Positions 27,606 to 36,442 are shown, numbered from the stretch's first letter. The stretch: 37,287 nt of DNA from an uncultured Lachnospiraceae bacterium (GCA_964493235.1 CAZBNY010000001.1:1-37287); one strand, 5' to 3'. The notes: a model not told the origin generated them from the letters alone. Numbers and translations: made by a program.

Positions 27606-28332
27606 AAATTTTGTCTATATCTATTTCTTTTAAAAGCTCTCTACCCTCATACTCCGGCATTTCAAAATGCTTTCCCGGAGATGACAGCGCCAGATAGACC
27701 ACGTCCCCGGCCCCATGTCCAAAAAGCTCCTTGGCGCATTCAAACACAGTGCTTCCCGTAGTATATATGTCGTCTACAAGCACTATTCGCTTGCCCTCGA
27801 CCGAATATTTTCCGTTCAGCTTGAAGGCGCCGATCATATTTGCCCGTCTGTCATCATGTCCCAGGCCATTTTGCGGAACAGTATTTTTTACCCTGAATAT
27901 CAGTCGGCCAACGCACGGCACACCAATTTTCTCCGAGATCGCCTCAGCCAGCAGCTCCGCCTGATTGAAGCCTCTCTCCCTCTCCTTATCCCTCCAAAGA
28001 GGGACCGGAGCGAGCATATCAGCCGATAAAAACTCCTCGATGTTGTTTTCCATAACATAGTCGGCCATAAGACTGCCCATTATTTTCCCATACTGCCTAT
28101 AGCCGTCATATTTCAGCTTGAATATCGTTTCCCTGACCGCGTCGTATCTGAACACGCTTATCCCTCTGATATGGCCCGTTTTCTCCTCGGTAAGCTCCGC
28201 CCGTCTGTTTAAGTACGGCTTATTGGCGGCGCATTTCTCACATACATAGGGATTTTGGCTGTGCAGCCTGGTCGGCGTTGAGCAAAACACGCATCTTTCG
28301 GGAAATATCAGCTTAAAAAGATATTTCATCAT
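27604..28332 (-). CDS. comF: ComF family protein (Zn ribbon plus phosphoribosyltransferase fold)
   Basis: FPERCVFC..VCEKC, PVPL..RERGFNQAELLA, VLVDDIYTTGST; start 28332 or 28338. Confidence 0.93.
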   Translation of the reverse strand: MMKYLFKLIFPERCVFCSTPTRLHSQNPYVCEKCAANKPYLNRRAELTEEKTGHIRGISVFRYDAVRETIFKLKYDGYRQYGKIMGSLMADYVMENNIEEFLSADMLAPVPLWRDKERERGFNQAELLAEAISEKIGVPCVGRLIFRVKNTVPQNGLGHDDRRANMIGAFKLNGKYSVEGKRIVLVDDIYTTGSTVFECAKELFGHGAGDVVYLALSSPGKHFEMPEYEGRELLKEIDIDKI

Positions 28333-30601
28333 TGTCATTCACCCTCGAAGTCTCCGAGTTTTCCAGCATAAAGTCATACAGACCCTCCAGCCTGTAGGCG
28401 AAGCCGGAATACCTGCTTATTTCCCTGTCGTTTTCCACCATTCGGTTGACAGCGCTTTTAAGTCCGACAATAACTACAAATTTCTTCGCCCTCGTTACGG
28501 CCGTATAAAGCAGGTTCCTGGACATAAGCATCGGCGGGCCGCTGTGTATAGGTATTATCACGACGGGATACTCACTTCCCTGCGACTTGTGTATCGTTAC
28601 GGCATAAGCCAGTTCCAGCTCCTCAAGGGCCGTAAACTCATAAATCGCCTGTCTCATGTCGTCAAAAACCACCGTGACCGTCTCGGCCTGCTTATTTATG
28701 CTTTTGATGATACCCATATCGCCGTTATAAATTCCTGTTCCGTCATCTACGATCCTTCCACTGTCGTTTTCTATCTTCCAGGCGATATTATAATTGTTCT
28801 TTATCTGCATTACCTTATCGCCCTCTCGGAAAACGCCGGTTGACGTTTCGTATTCCTTTTTGCTTTCCGACGGCGGATTGAGCGCCTGCTGGAGTGTCTT
28901 ATTAAGTCCGGCCGCCCCTATCGCTCCCTTACGCATGGGCGTAAGCACCTGCATATCGCTGAAGGAATCCACACCCGTAAAGCCCGGCAGTCTTTTTGTA
29001 ATAAGCTCGACTATTTTATCGGGGATCTCCGGCGAATACTGGGCGTTGACAAAAAAGAAGTCAGTGTCCTTGGCGTTCATTACAGGCTCTGTGCCCTCAT
29101 TTATTCTGTGGGCGTTCATAACTATGGCGCTCTCCCTTGCCTGCCTGAATATCTCGGTCAGGCGCACGACCTTTATTTTGCCGCTCTTTATTATATCCTT
29201 AAGGACATTACCGGCCGCGACCGACGGGAGCTGATTAGCGTCCCCGACAAGTATAAGCCTTGTCCCGGGCTCAACGGCCTTAAGCAGATTGTTGAAAAGC
29301 TGCATATCGACCATTGATACCTCGTCGATTATGACAACATCGGCCTCTATAGGCTCGGTCTCGTTTTTCTCAAACCTCTGCCTGCCGCTGTCCTCGTCGG
29401 CGTAGGCCATGCCGAGCATACGGTGTATGGTTTTGGCCTCTATACCCGTTGTTTCCGTCATTCTTTTGGCCGCTCTGCCGGTAGGCGCCGCCAGAACGAC
29501 CTCCATTCCGGCGCTCTCAAATATTTTTATTATCGTATGGATTATAGTCGTTTTACCGGTTCCGGGTCCTCCGGTTATTACGAGCACGCCCTCCTGCATG
29601 GCCTCTATTACGGCCTGCCTCTGCTGTTTGGCAAGATATATCCCCGTCCTGTCCTCAACGGCGTCTATTTTTTCATTTATCCTGTTTAAATCGGCGTCGT
29701 CATGGAAAAACGACAGCTCCAGCAGCTTCTTTGCCGCTGCCGTTTCCGTATAGTACATCGGCGTGAGATAGACCGCGTCTATGCCGTCTACTTTCTCGTT
29801 TATTACCTTATGCTCTATCTGCATCTCACGCAGACAGTATTCCGCGATCTCCTCATCAGCGGAAAGTATCTCCCCGGCCTGCTTTATCAGCAGCTCCTTC
29901 GGCATAAAGACGTTGCCGTCAGTCAGAGAGGTATTGAGTATATATTTTATGCCCGCTTTTATCCTGTTTGGCGAATCCTGCGTAATGCCCATCGAATAGG
30001 CTATCCTGTCCGCCGTTTTAAAACCGACTCCGATTATATCCTCGGCCAGTCTATAGGGGTTTTCTTTTATTATGTCAACGGTTCTATATCCGTATTTCTT
30101 ATATATTTTCATGGCGAGGGCCGGTGTTACACCAAACTCCTGCAAATACAGCATCACCTTCCTGACGTCCCTCTGGGCGCAGAAGGAATTATGTACCGCA
30201 AGGGCCTTGTCATAGGTTATACCCTTTATCTCCACCAGTCTGTCGAACTTTTCCTCGATCACATAAAAGGTGGCCGAGCCAAATTTATCCACTATCTTTT
30301 TCGCCGTCTTTGGGCCTATTCCCTTTACCGCGCCGGAGGCCAGATATTTCTCTATGGCGGCCGCCGTCGTAGGGACCGTCCTTTCGTAAAACTCCGTCTT
30401 GAACTGAAGTCCATATGTCGGGTGTATCACCATCGAGCCTGTCAGCTTCAGTGTGTCTCCCTTTCTTATCTGCGGTATCGTCCCGACACAGATTATCTCA
30501 TCGCCGTCCTCGGACTTGAAATCAAACACGGAATATCCGTTGTCATCGTTATAAAAAATAATATCCTCGACATTGCCATCGAGCACCATTGAGTCGTCCA
30601 T
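28313..30601 (-). CDS. recD2: ATP-dependent RecD-like DNA helicase (RecD2)
   Basis: HhH GIGPKTA, ENPYRL, GGPGTGKTT, APTGRAAKR, DEVSM, GDANQLPSV, AYAVTIHKSQGSE, LLYTAVTRAK; ATG 30601 behind GGCGGTG. Confidence 0.96.
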   Translation of the reverse strand: MDDSMVLDGNVEDIIFYNDDNGYSVFDFKSEDGDEIICVGTIPQIRKGDTLKLTGSMVIHPTYGLQFKTEFYERTVPTTAAAIEKYLASGAVKGIGPKTAKKIVDKFGSATFYVIEEKFDRLVEIKGITYDKALAVHNSFCAQRDVRKVMLYLQEFGVTPALAMKIYKKYGYRTVDIIKENPYRLAEDIIGVGFKTADRIAYSMGITQDSPNRIKAGIKYILNTSLTDGNVFMPKELLIKQAGEILSADEEIAEYCLREMQIEHKVINEKVDGIDAVYLTPMYYTETAAAKKLLELSFFHDDADLNRINEKIDAVEDRTGIYLAKQQRQAVIEAMQEGVLVITGGPGTGKTTIIHTIIKIFESAGMEVVLAAPTGRAAKRMTETTGIEAKTIHRMLGMAYADEDSGRQRFEKNETEPIEADVVIIDEVSMVDMQLFNNLLKAVEPGTRLILVGDANQLPSVAAGNVLKDIIKSGKIKVVRLTEIFRQARESAIVMNAHRINEGTEPVMNAKDTDFFFVNAQYSPEIPDKIVELITKRLPGFTGVDSFSDMQVLTPMRKGAIGAAGLNKTLQQALNPPSESKKEYETSTGVFREGDKVMQIKNNYNIAWKIENDSGRIVDDGTGIYNGDMGIIKSINKQAETVTVVFDDMRQAIYEFTALEELELAYAVTIHKSQGSEYPVVIIPIHSGPPMLMSRNLLYTAVTRAKKFVVIVGLKSAVNRMVENDREISRYSGFAYRLEGLYDFMLENSETSRVNDNDEISF

Positions 30602-30694
30602 CTGTGTCACCGCCTTTCCAATTAATGATAGCACATAAAATTAAATTTTACAAACCCGATAAAAAAGGTTATTATATATTGTGGAGGTATGTTT

Positions 30695-31603
30695 ATGAAA
30701 CCGTATAACTCGTTAAGCGACCATCTTAAAGAAAAGCTTGGCGCAAAGACTGTAAAGCTGTCTGTAAGTGCCGGTTTCACCTGCCCCAACAGGGACGGCA
30801 GAGTAAGCAGGGGCGGCTGTATATTCTGCAGCGGCAGCGGCTCCGGGGATTTTGCGCCATCGGCGGAGCTGCCTATCGCAAAACAGCTTGAGATTTCAAA
30901 GGAAAAGCTTTCGGCGAAATGGCCCGAGGCAAAATACATAGCGTATTTTCAGGCGTTTACGAATACCTACGCTCCCGTTGAGGTGCTTGAGGAAAAATAC
31001 AGAGAGGCTCTTGCCTGCGATTATATCAGCGGCATTGCCATCGCCACCCGCCCCGACTGTATGGGCGACGACGTTATAGAGCTTTTGGACAGGCTCAACA
31101 GGGAAACATATCTCTGGGTCGAATTCGGCCTTCAAACCTCAAACGAGGACACCGCCTGGCTTATAAACCGCGGATATAAAAACGAGGTCTACCTTTCGGC
31201 TATGGAAAAGCTGAGAGAAAGAAACATTGAAACGGTCACTCATATAATTCTCGGTCTTCCCAACGAGACAAGGGACGATATGAGAAACTCTGTCAGGTTT
31301 GCCGCCGCAGCCGGAACTAACGGCATCAAGCTCCAGCTTCTGCACATAATACGGGGCACAAGGCTCCATGAGATGTATATGGAGAACCCCTTCCATGTGA
31401 TGACAAGGGACGAATATACCGATACGGTTATTGATATGATCGAGCATCTTCCGCCGGAGGTCGTCATTCACAGGCTTACCGGAGACGGAAACCGAAACGA
31501 ACTGGTTCAGCCTGCATGGAGTATGGATAAGAGAGGCGTTCTCAATGAGATACACAGAAAAATGAAATTGCATGAAAGTTATCAGGGAAAATTGTTGAAA
31601 TAG
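30695..31603 (+). CDS. TIGR01212 family radical SAM protein (YtqA/YhcC-like)
   Basis: GFTCPNRDG....GGCIFC (CX11CX2C), YFQAFTNTYA, IATRPDC, HRLTGD; GGAGGT SD. Confidence 0.95.
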   Translation: MKPYNSLSDHLKEKLGAKTVKLSVSAGFTCPNRDGRVSRGGCIFCSGSGSGDFAPSAELPIAKQLEISKEKLSAKWPEAKYIAYFQAFTNTYAPVEVLEEKYREALACDYISGIAIATRPDCMGDDVIELLDRLNRETYLWVEFGLQTSNEDTAWLINRGYKNEVYLSAMEKLRERNIETVTHIILGLPNETRDDMRNSVRFAAAAGTNGIKLQLLHIIRGTRLHEMYMENPFHVMTRDEYTDTVIDMIEHLPPEVVIHRLTGDGNRNELVQPAWSMDKRGVLNEIHRKMKLHESYQGKLLK

Positions 31604-31670
31604 ATAATTGTATAATTATCGACAATAGTTTATAATATAATCCTAACTTTATTTATCGGCGGTGGTCTGT

Positions 31671-32252
31671 ATGTATGACAATACGCGAGCTTTGGCGGAA
31701 AATAAGCTCATAATATTGTATTTAATTGAAAAAATCGAAATTCCGCTCTCAAACAGCGAGATTTGTCAGTTTGCCCTTGAGAAAAACCTCATGGACTATT
31801 TCAGCGTACAGCAATATCTGTCAGAGCTTGTGGAAAGCAGCTTGCTTGAGATGACCTCCGAGAATAACAGCACCCGCTACACCATCACCACCGAGGGCGA
31901 GGATACTCTTAATTATTTCATAAAGCATATTTCAAATTACGCCAAGACAGTCATTAACACATACGCTAAGGAAAACTCCAAACGGATAAGGGCCGAATAC
32001 GCTGTCACCGCCAATTATTTTCAGGAAATGAACAATGAGTATACTGTCAAGTGCGGTGTATATGACAGCGACGGGACGACCTCCCTCATGGAGATCAGCG
32101 TAAACGTCGCCACCAAGGAGCAGGCGAGGATAATCTGCCGCAACTGGAAAAACAATGTGGCTGACCTCTACGGCGACATAATGCTTACACTGGCTAAAGA
32201 GCCCGAGGACAGCTCAGGAAACGACCCAAAGCCAATAACAATAAAAAAATAA
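31671..32252 (+). CDS. DUF4364 family protein (N-terminal winged helix)
   Basis: LAENKLIILY...PLSNSEI..F......DYF..QQYLSELV...YTIT..G..TL..F; GGCGGTG SD before ATG 31671. Confidence 0.88.
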   Translation: MYDNTRALAENKLIILYLIEKIEIPLSNSEICQFALEKNLMDYFSVQQYLSELVESSLLEMTSENNSTRYTITTEGEDTLNYFIKHISNYAKTVINTYAKENSKRIRAEYAVTANYFQEMNNEYTVKCGVYDSDGTTSLMEISVNVATKEQARIICRNWKNNVADLYGDIMLTLAKEPEDSSGNDPKPITIKK

Positions 32253-32264
32253 ACAACTCCTAAA

Positions 32265-32478
32265 TTATGGACAGTGCCATAGGAAAACATACAACGAATG
32301 CTTAAATCACAGGCATTCGTTATTTTTTATGTTTTCTGTCTCCGCCGGCATTTGGCCTAAAAAATACGATACGTTAATTTATTTTCTTATGTCAAACCGT
32401 CCATAACGGTCGGTGCTATAAGAAAACTTAAAGCGTTCGGGAATTCCCCGCTTTTTATAAATGTTTTCTATGTCAAAC
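32265..32478. repeat. Two tandem imperfect inverted-repeat modules with shared arms (GTGCYATARGAAAAC ... TTTTCT(T)ATGTCAAAC)
   Basis: Module 1 arms 32265-32287 / 32382-32406; module 2 arms 32413-32427 / 32463-32478; different internal hairpins. Confidence 0.7.
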
Positions 32479-32537
32479 GCCTCAGCGAGAAATGTTCTCA
32501 AAACAAAGTGTTTCCCGAGATCCGCACGTCAGAAAAA

Positions 32538-32580
32538 AATAACGGGGTTTTATGGCATAAATACCATAACCCCCGTTGTT
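32538..32580. terminator. Long hairpin, plausible minus-strand terminator for the gntR transcript
   Basis: AATAACGGGG-TT-TTATGG / CCATAA-C-CCCCGTTGTT preceded by A7 on the plus strand (U tract on minus). Confidence 0.55.
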
Positions 32581-32682
32581 CATACCTCTGTTTGTACTCG
32601 TCAAAATCAGGATTTTGAAAAAAAGAACCCCCGCCTTTTCCGACACTCTCGAGCATTGGCGGAGATCCGCCGTGTTTTTTCA

Positions 32683-33372
32683 CTATTTCTTTATTACGTC
32701 CTTTGCCAGATTATAAGCGTGCAGTATGTGCATTCGCATGGCCGCCTCGGCTCCCGCCGCGTCGCCCTGCTTAATGAACTCAAGTATCATCTTATGATCG
32801 TCGATAGTGTATGTCTTGACCTCGCTGCTTACGATCGTAAATATACGTTTCATATTCATGCCGGAGAATATTATCGGCATTATTTTTATTACAAACTCGT
32901 TTTTTGTCGCTTTGGCTATCGCGAGATGAAACTCCTGATCATACACTGTTCTCAGCTCAACATCGTCAATATGCAGGTTTATTATCCTGTCTATCTCCGT
33001 AAGCTTCTCTATGTCAGCCTCTGTTGCCCTTTTTGCCGCGTAATTCGCCATTGTAGGCTCGATCATTGTCCTTGTCTCAAAGAAATCCATAGCGTCCATA
33101 ACAAGGTTGTCAAGCTCACTGAGGCCAAAGTCCTCGTTAAGCTCCTTATTGTCGGCTACAAAGGTTCCTTTTCCTCTTTTTATCTCCAGCACGTTATGCG
33201 CTATAAGAAATTTCACAGCTTCCCTTAATGTCGTTCGGCTTACTCCAAGCTCGCTTGAAAGCTCATTCTCATTTGGAAGCTTGTCCCCTATGTTGAACCT
33301 TTTCTCAATTGTTATCATTCTAAGAATTTGATCGGCTACCTTCTCGGATAACATAACATTGTTTTTTATCAT
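32683..33372 (-). CDS. GntR/FadR family transcriptional regulator
   Basis: GDKLPNENELSSELGVSRTTLREA...GKGTFV HTH; FCD domain (DQEFH, DDH, MRMHI). Confidence 0.95.
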   Translation of the reverse strand: MIKNNVMLSEKVADQILRMITIEKRFNIGDKLPNENELSSELGVSRTTLREAVKFLIAHNVLEIKRGKGTFVADNKELNEDFGLSELDNLVMDAMDFFETRTMIEPTMANYAAKRATEADIEKLTEIDRIINLHIDDVELRTVYDQEFHLAIAKATKNEFVIKIMPIIFSGMNMKRIFTIVSSEVKTYTIDDHKMILEFIKQGDAAGAEAAMRMHILHAYNLAKDVIKK

Positions 33373-33959
33373 ATTATAATCTCCCCTAAATTGAAAATTG
33401 TCTTAAGACGTTTAATATCCCCATAATAAACGCTTTCCAAACCTCTGTTATATATTACAGCCGCAGGATGATATAACGGAAAAACTCTGCTTTCCCCAAA
33501 GCGTATGAGCCTTCCGTGATATTCTCCGATAAGGGCTCCTTCGTCCCTTAAAACCGCTTTCAGCGGTACATTGCCTAAAGTTACGATCATTTCCGGCTTT
33601 ACCGCCTCTATCTCCTCATAGAGATACGGGGCAAAAAAAGCCGTTTCTTCTTTGTTGGGCGGTCTGTTGACAGGCTTACCTGTTTTCTCACTCAGCCTGA
33701 ACGGACGTATCTTTACCACATTCGTAAGGTAAATATCCTTCCTCTCCAAATCTATCGCCGACAAAAAATCCATCAGGTTCTTGCCGGCCCTGCCGACAAA
33801 CGGTTTCCCCTGCTTTTCCTCATCGCCGCCCGGAGCCTCTCCGATAAGCATTATTTTTGAGGCTGTGTCACCATCGCCATATACGACCCTTCTGCCCGGG
33901 AACCTTTTCTCCGAAGCAGCGCCCAGCCTGGTGTTGATCTCATCAATTTTATTTCTCAT
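33369..33959 (-). CDS. Uracil-DNA glycosylase, family 4-like, lacking Fe-S cysteines
   Basis: IGEAPG..E..QGKPFVGRAG, YLTNVVK, NRPP..EE, LYHPAA; no Cys in the protein. Confidence 0.92.
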   Translation of the reverse strand: MRNKIDEINTRLGAASEKRFPGRRVVYGDGDTASKIMLIGEAPGGDEEKQGKPFVGRAGKNLMDFLSAIDLERKDIYLTNVVKIRPFRLSEKTGKPVNRPPNKEETAFFAPYLYEEIEAVKPEMIVTLGNVPLKAVLRDEGALIGEYHGRLIRFGESRVFPLYHPAAVIYNRGLESVYYGDIKRLKTIFNLGEIII

Positions 33960-34651
33960 TTAAAAGTATTTCCTCGTCCTTTGTAGCAGCCGTTCATTTC
34001 CTCAAGTGTCCATTTGCCGGTTTGGCTGCTCCTGACAATATTTATATCAAAAACATCGTTTTCCTTTATCAATCCCATTATCTCACTGCTGAAAAACAGC
34101 CTTATATAGTATTCACAGCCGTTGATTTTATTCAGGACCACCGAGTTTTTGGAAAATATGCTTTCAACGGCAAATCTTCCGCTGTCCCTTTCGTCCTCGT
34201 TTCTTTCACCGGCCTTTTTCAGCCTGTACTTATCAAGGTCTATTATACACGGCAGCTTGGATATAACAAAGCTATTGTTGTATTCAAGTATGCTCCTCTT
34301 TAAAAGCATGAGCCTGACAGATTCATATTTGACACTTGGCTCTATTTTTTTAAATCTCTTATATACCGATGTTCCGTTGAGCATATCGGTCAGCCTGATA
34401 TATTCTTCAGCCGCGGGATAAAAGGTCTCTATCACGCTTTTATCCTCCAGGCACACCTTATAGGGAAGCCATTTCGTAAAATAATCGTCGAAAAAACGCT
34501 CGTCCGCCAAGGTTATCATAATGCGCTTCCGTCTGCAATACTCATTCAGATATTCAGCGCATCTTATTTTTATATCAGCCTCCCTTTCGGGATAACATTC
34601 CGAGACTATCTTATTATACGCCTCGTTTAAATTACAGGTATTGGCTATCAT
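33956..34651 (-). CDS. Hypothetical protein, translationally coupled to UDG
   Basis: 231-aa ORF with GGAG SD before ATG 34651; ATGA overlap with UDG start. Confidence 0.75.
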   Translation of the reverse strand: MIANTCNLNEAYNKIVSECYPEREADIKIRCAEYLNEYCRRKRIMITLADERFFDDYFTKWLPYKVCLEDKSVIETFYPAAEEYIRLTDMLNGTSVYKRFKKIEPSVKYESVRLMLLKRSILEYNNSFVISKLPCIIDLDKYRLKKAGERNEDERDSGRFAVESIFSKNSVVLNKINGCEYYIRLFFSSEIMGLIKENDVFDINIVRSSQTGKWTLEEMNGCYKGRGNTFK

Positions 34652-34681
34652 ATAATCAACTCCGTATATCAATCATACTAT

Positions 34682-34710
34682 TAATATACCTGATTATATC
34701 CTCATTATTC
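34682..34710 (-). promoter_or_regulatory. sigmaF-like (early forespore) promoter candidate for hyp-UDG-gntR
   Basis: GAATA-15 nt-GGTATATTA on minus strand. Confidence 0.4.
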
Positions 34711-35790
34711 TTTTTTAGGCCTGCAAAGTGCCGTTCCAGATATAAGGCCGCCTATAAATCCGCCTATGTGGCCGAAATTATCAATGCCTGTTTCAAGAAA
34801 ACCCATGCCTATGCCTGCCACGGCAATCACAAGCATCGTCATATAGCTCAGTCCGTCTATTTTCTGTCCTGTCCTTCTTGTAACGGCAAGCATTGCCGCC
34901 ATAAGGCCGAATATGGCTCCTGACGCGCCGACAGCATATCCGTCGTTAAACAGCGCGGAAATCAGTCCTCCTGTTATTCCGGAAAATATGTATATTACGG
35001 CAGCCTGCAATTTTCCGCAATATTTTTCGACACGGCTTCCGTAAATATACAGCGAGACCGAATTAAACGCTATATGCTCTGCTCCGCTGTGGATAAACAT
35101 ATACGTGATAAGGCGGTAATACTGACCTCTTTGAAAAATGAGCGCGTTATTTATACCAAAGTCTGCAATAAATAAATTCTCCGTACCCGCCAGCGTCTGT
35201 ATTATGAATATAATTATATTCACCGCCAGAATTCCGTAAATGACAACCGGATACTTGCTTTTTTCCTTCAGTCCCGATGCCCGTGACACTTCCGAATTTA
35301 TCTCACCTATGGATCTTGTGTCGGCTTCGCTCCCGTTTCGCAGAGCCCTTCTTACGCAGTCCTCTATGCCGTAGATCCTGTCCGGCTGACCGTTTCCGAA
35401 GTATAAATTACTTCCTTCGGTATACCACCATACATTATGTATTTTCCCTTCACGGACAGGCTCCCTGGCGTCCGCGAAGGCCAAGGCTTTCGCAGTATCA
35501 GCCGAATACAAAATGTTGACGCATATTACATTATTGAATATGGTTTTGTTTCTGTCCAAAGCGTCCGCCAGCATGGCGTTCAGACTTTCTTCATATATCT
35601 CCGGAGAAATTTTGTCAAAATCAACAGCGCTCACAAAGTAAAGCACAGGACTTTCGTCCTTCACAAACACAGCGCAGGCCATATTCGACAGCAAGGCAAA
35701 CTGCCTCTTTGAAAGCTCCTCAGTAAAATTTTTCAGAAAATCATGGAACAACCGTTTCAACTCCAAAATTACAATGATATCGCCGGACAC
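34705..35790 (-). CDS. Rhomboid intramembrane serine protease with large soluble N-terminal domain (GluP-like; start uncertain)
   Basis: GQYYRLITYMFIHSGAEHIAFN, VGASGAIFG (catalytic Ser), IDNFGHIGGFIGG (catalytic His). Confidence 0.93.
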   Translation of the reverse strand: MSGDIIVILELKRLFHDFLKNFTEELSKRQFALLSNMACAVFVKDESPVLYFVSAVDFDKISPEIYEESLNAMLADALDRNKTIFNNVICVNILYSADTAKALAFADAREPVREGKIHNVWWYTEGSNLYFGNGQPDRIYGIEDCVRRALRNGSEADTRSIGEINSEVSRASGLKEKSKYPVVIYGILAVNIIIFIIQTLAGTENLFIADFGINNALIFQRGQYYRLITYMFIHSGAEHIAFNSVSLYIYGSRVEKYCGKLQAAVIYIFSGITGGLISALFNDGYAVGASGAIFGLMAAMLAVTRRTGQKIDGLSYMTMLVIAVAGIGMGFLETGIDNFGHIGGFIGGLISGTALCRPKKE

Positions 35791-35814
35791 ATTTGTAAAC
35801 TATGCTGTTAACTT

Positions 35815-35843
35815 ATTATATAAGTTTGCTAAAACTTTGTCAA
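35815..35843 (-). promoter_or_regulatory. Consensus sigmaA promoter of rhomboid gene
   Basis: Perfect TTGACA-17 nt-TATAAT on minus strand. Confidence 0.85.
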
Positions 35844-35859
35844 GTTTACTAATTTTTAT

Positions 35860-36114
35860 CTAAAGAATGGCTCCGGCAAGTACAAGCACCACAAATCCGG
35901 GAACTCCCAACACTCCCGTTACCGCGGCCGTCACAATATTTATGCCTATATTGACCGACGGGAACATCATATTTAGCGCGTATATCCCCGCCATTCCCGC
36001 AGCGGCCCCGATAACGACCCTGATAACGGCCTTTATCGTATTGGAAAAGACCATTATCATCAGTATCCCTATACAAATAAAAATCATAGCGGCTATAACT
36101 GACGCGCTATCCAT
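35860..36114 (-). CDS. bofA: Pro-sigmaK processing inhibitor BofA family protein
   Basis: 84-aa membrane protein with LN....NIGINIVT....GVLGVPG signature; directly follows yaaL as in B. subtilis. Confidence 0.88.
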   Translation of the reverse strand: MDSASVIAAMIFICIGILMIMVFSNTIKAVIRVVIGAAAGMAGIYALNMMFPSVNIGINIVTAAVTGVLGVPGFVVLVLAGAIL

Positions 36115-36126
36115 AAAAACTCCCCC

Positions 36127-36366
36127 TTAAGCAGTTATCTCGTCAAAGCCTTCGGCGATAAGACCGCAGCCCTTGGCCTTTTTTAAATAATACCGGTATC
36201 TGCTGTTAAGAGCGGATATTTCATAAATATAGCTGTCTATAAGCGAATCGTCGGTCGCCATATCAAAGTTCATTCTTGCCGCCGCCAATTCCTCTTTTAT
36301 CCTTTCAATGGCGTCTAAAATCGCCCTTCCTTCCCTTTTCATCTCATCATCGTTTGACCTTCTCAT
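36127..36366 (-). CDS. yaaL: YaaL / DUF2508 family protein
   Basis: ARMNFDMATDDSLIDSYIYEISALNSRYRYYLKKAK; ATG 36366 behind GGAGGT. Confidence 0.88.
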   Translation of the reverse strand: MRRSNDDEMKREGRAILDAIERIKEELAAARMNFDMATDDSLIDSYIYEISALNSRYRYYLKKAKGCGLIAEGFDEITA

Positions 36367-36409
36367 TTCCGCATACCTCCAAATTTGTACAGCTTTCTCA
36401 GATATAAAC

Positions 36410-36438
36410 AAGATATGCAAAAACAAGCTGTTTTATAC
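36410..36438 (-). promoter_or_regulatory. sigmaE-like (mother cell) promoter for yaaL-bofA
   Basis: GTATAAA-14 nt-CATATCTT on minus strand; bofA is sigmaE-dependent in B. subtilis. Confidence 0.55.
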
Positions 36439-36442
36439 ATCT

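Noticed and set aside
30602-30694. LexA/SOS box upstream of recD2
   Set aside because: No GAAC-N4-GTTC match seen
32265-32478. Interpretation of the repeats as a CRISPR mini-array or integron attC sites
   Set aside because: Only two degenerate modules with unequal interiors, no cas or integrase gene in the window, and GTCAAAC does not fit the attC RYYYAAC core
32498-32683. 61-aa minus ORF abutting the gntR stop
   Set aside because: No SD, runs through several hairpins, unnatural composition; not fully excluded without Ribo-seq
32461-33228. 255-aa plus-strand ORF starting in the structured intergenic region
   Set aside because: Mostly antisense to gntR, no SD, no recognisable domain
34705-36114. 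Idea that the rhomboid is co-transcribed with bofA as an alternative pro-sigmaK processing system
   Set aside because: The rhomboid has its own consensus sigmaA promoter, and BofA's established target is the M50 metalloprotease SpoIVFB; adjacency alone is insufficient
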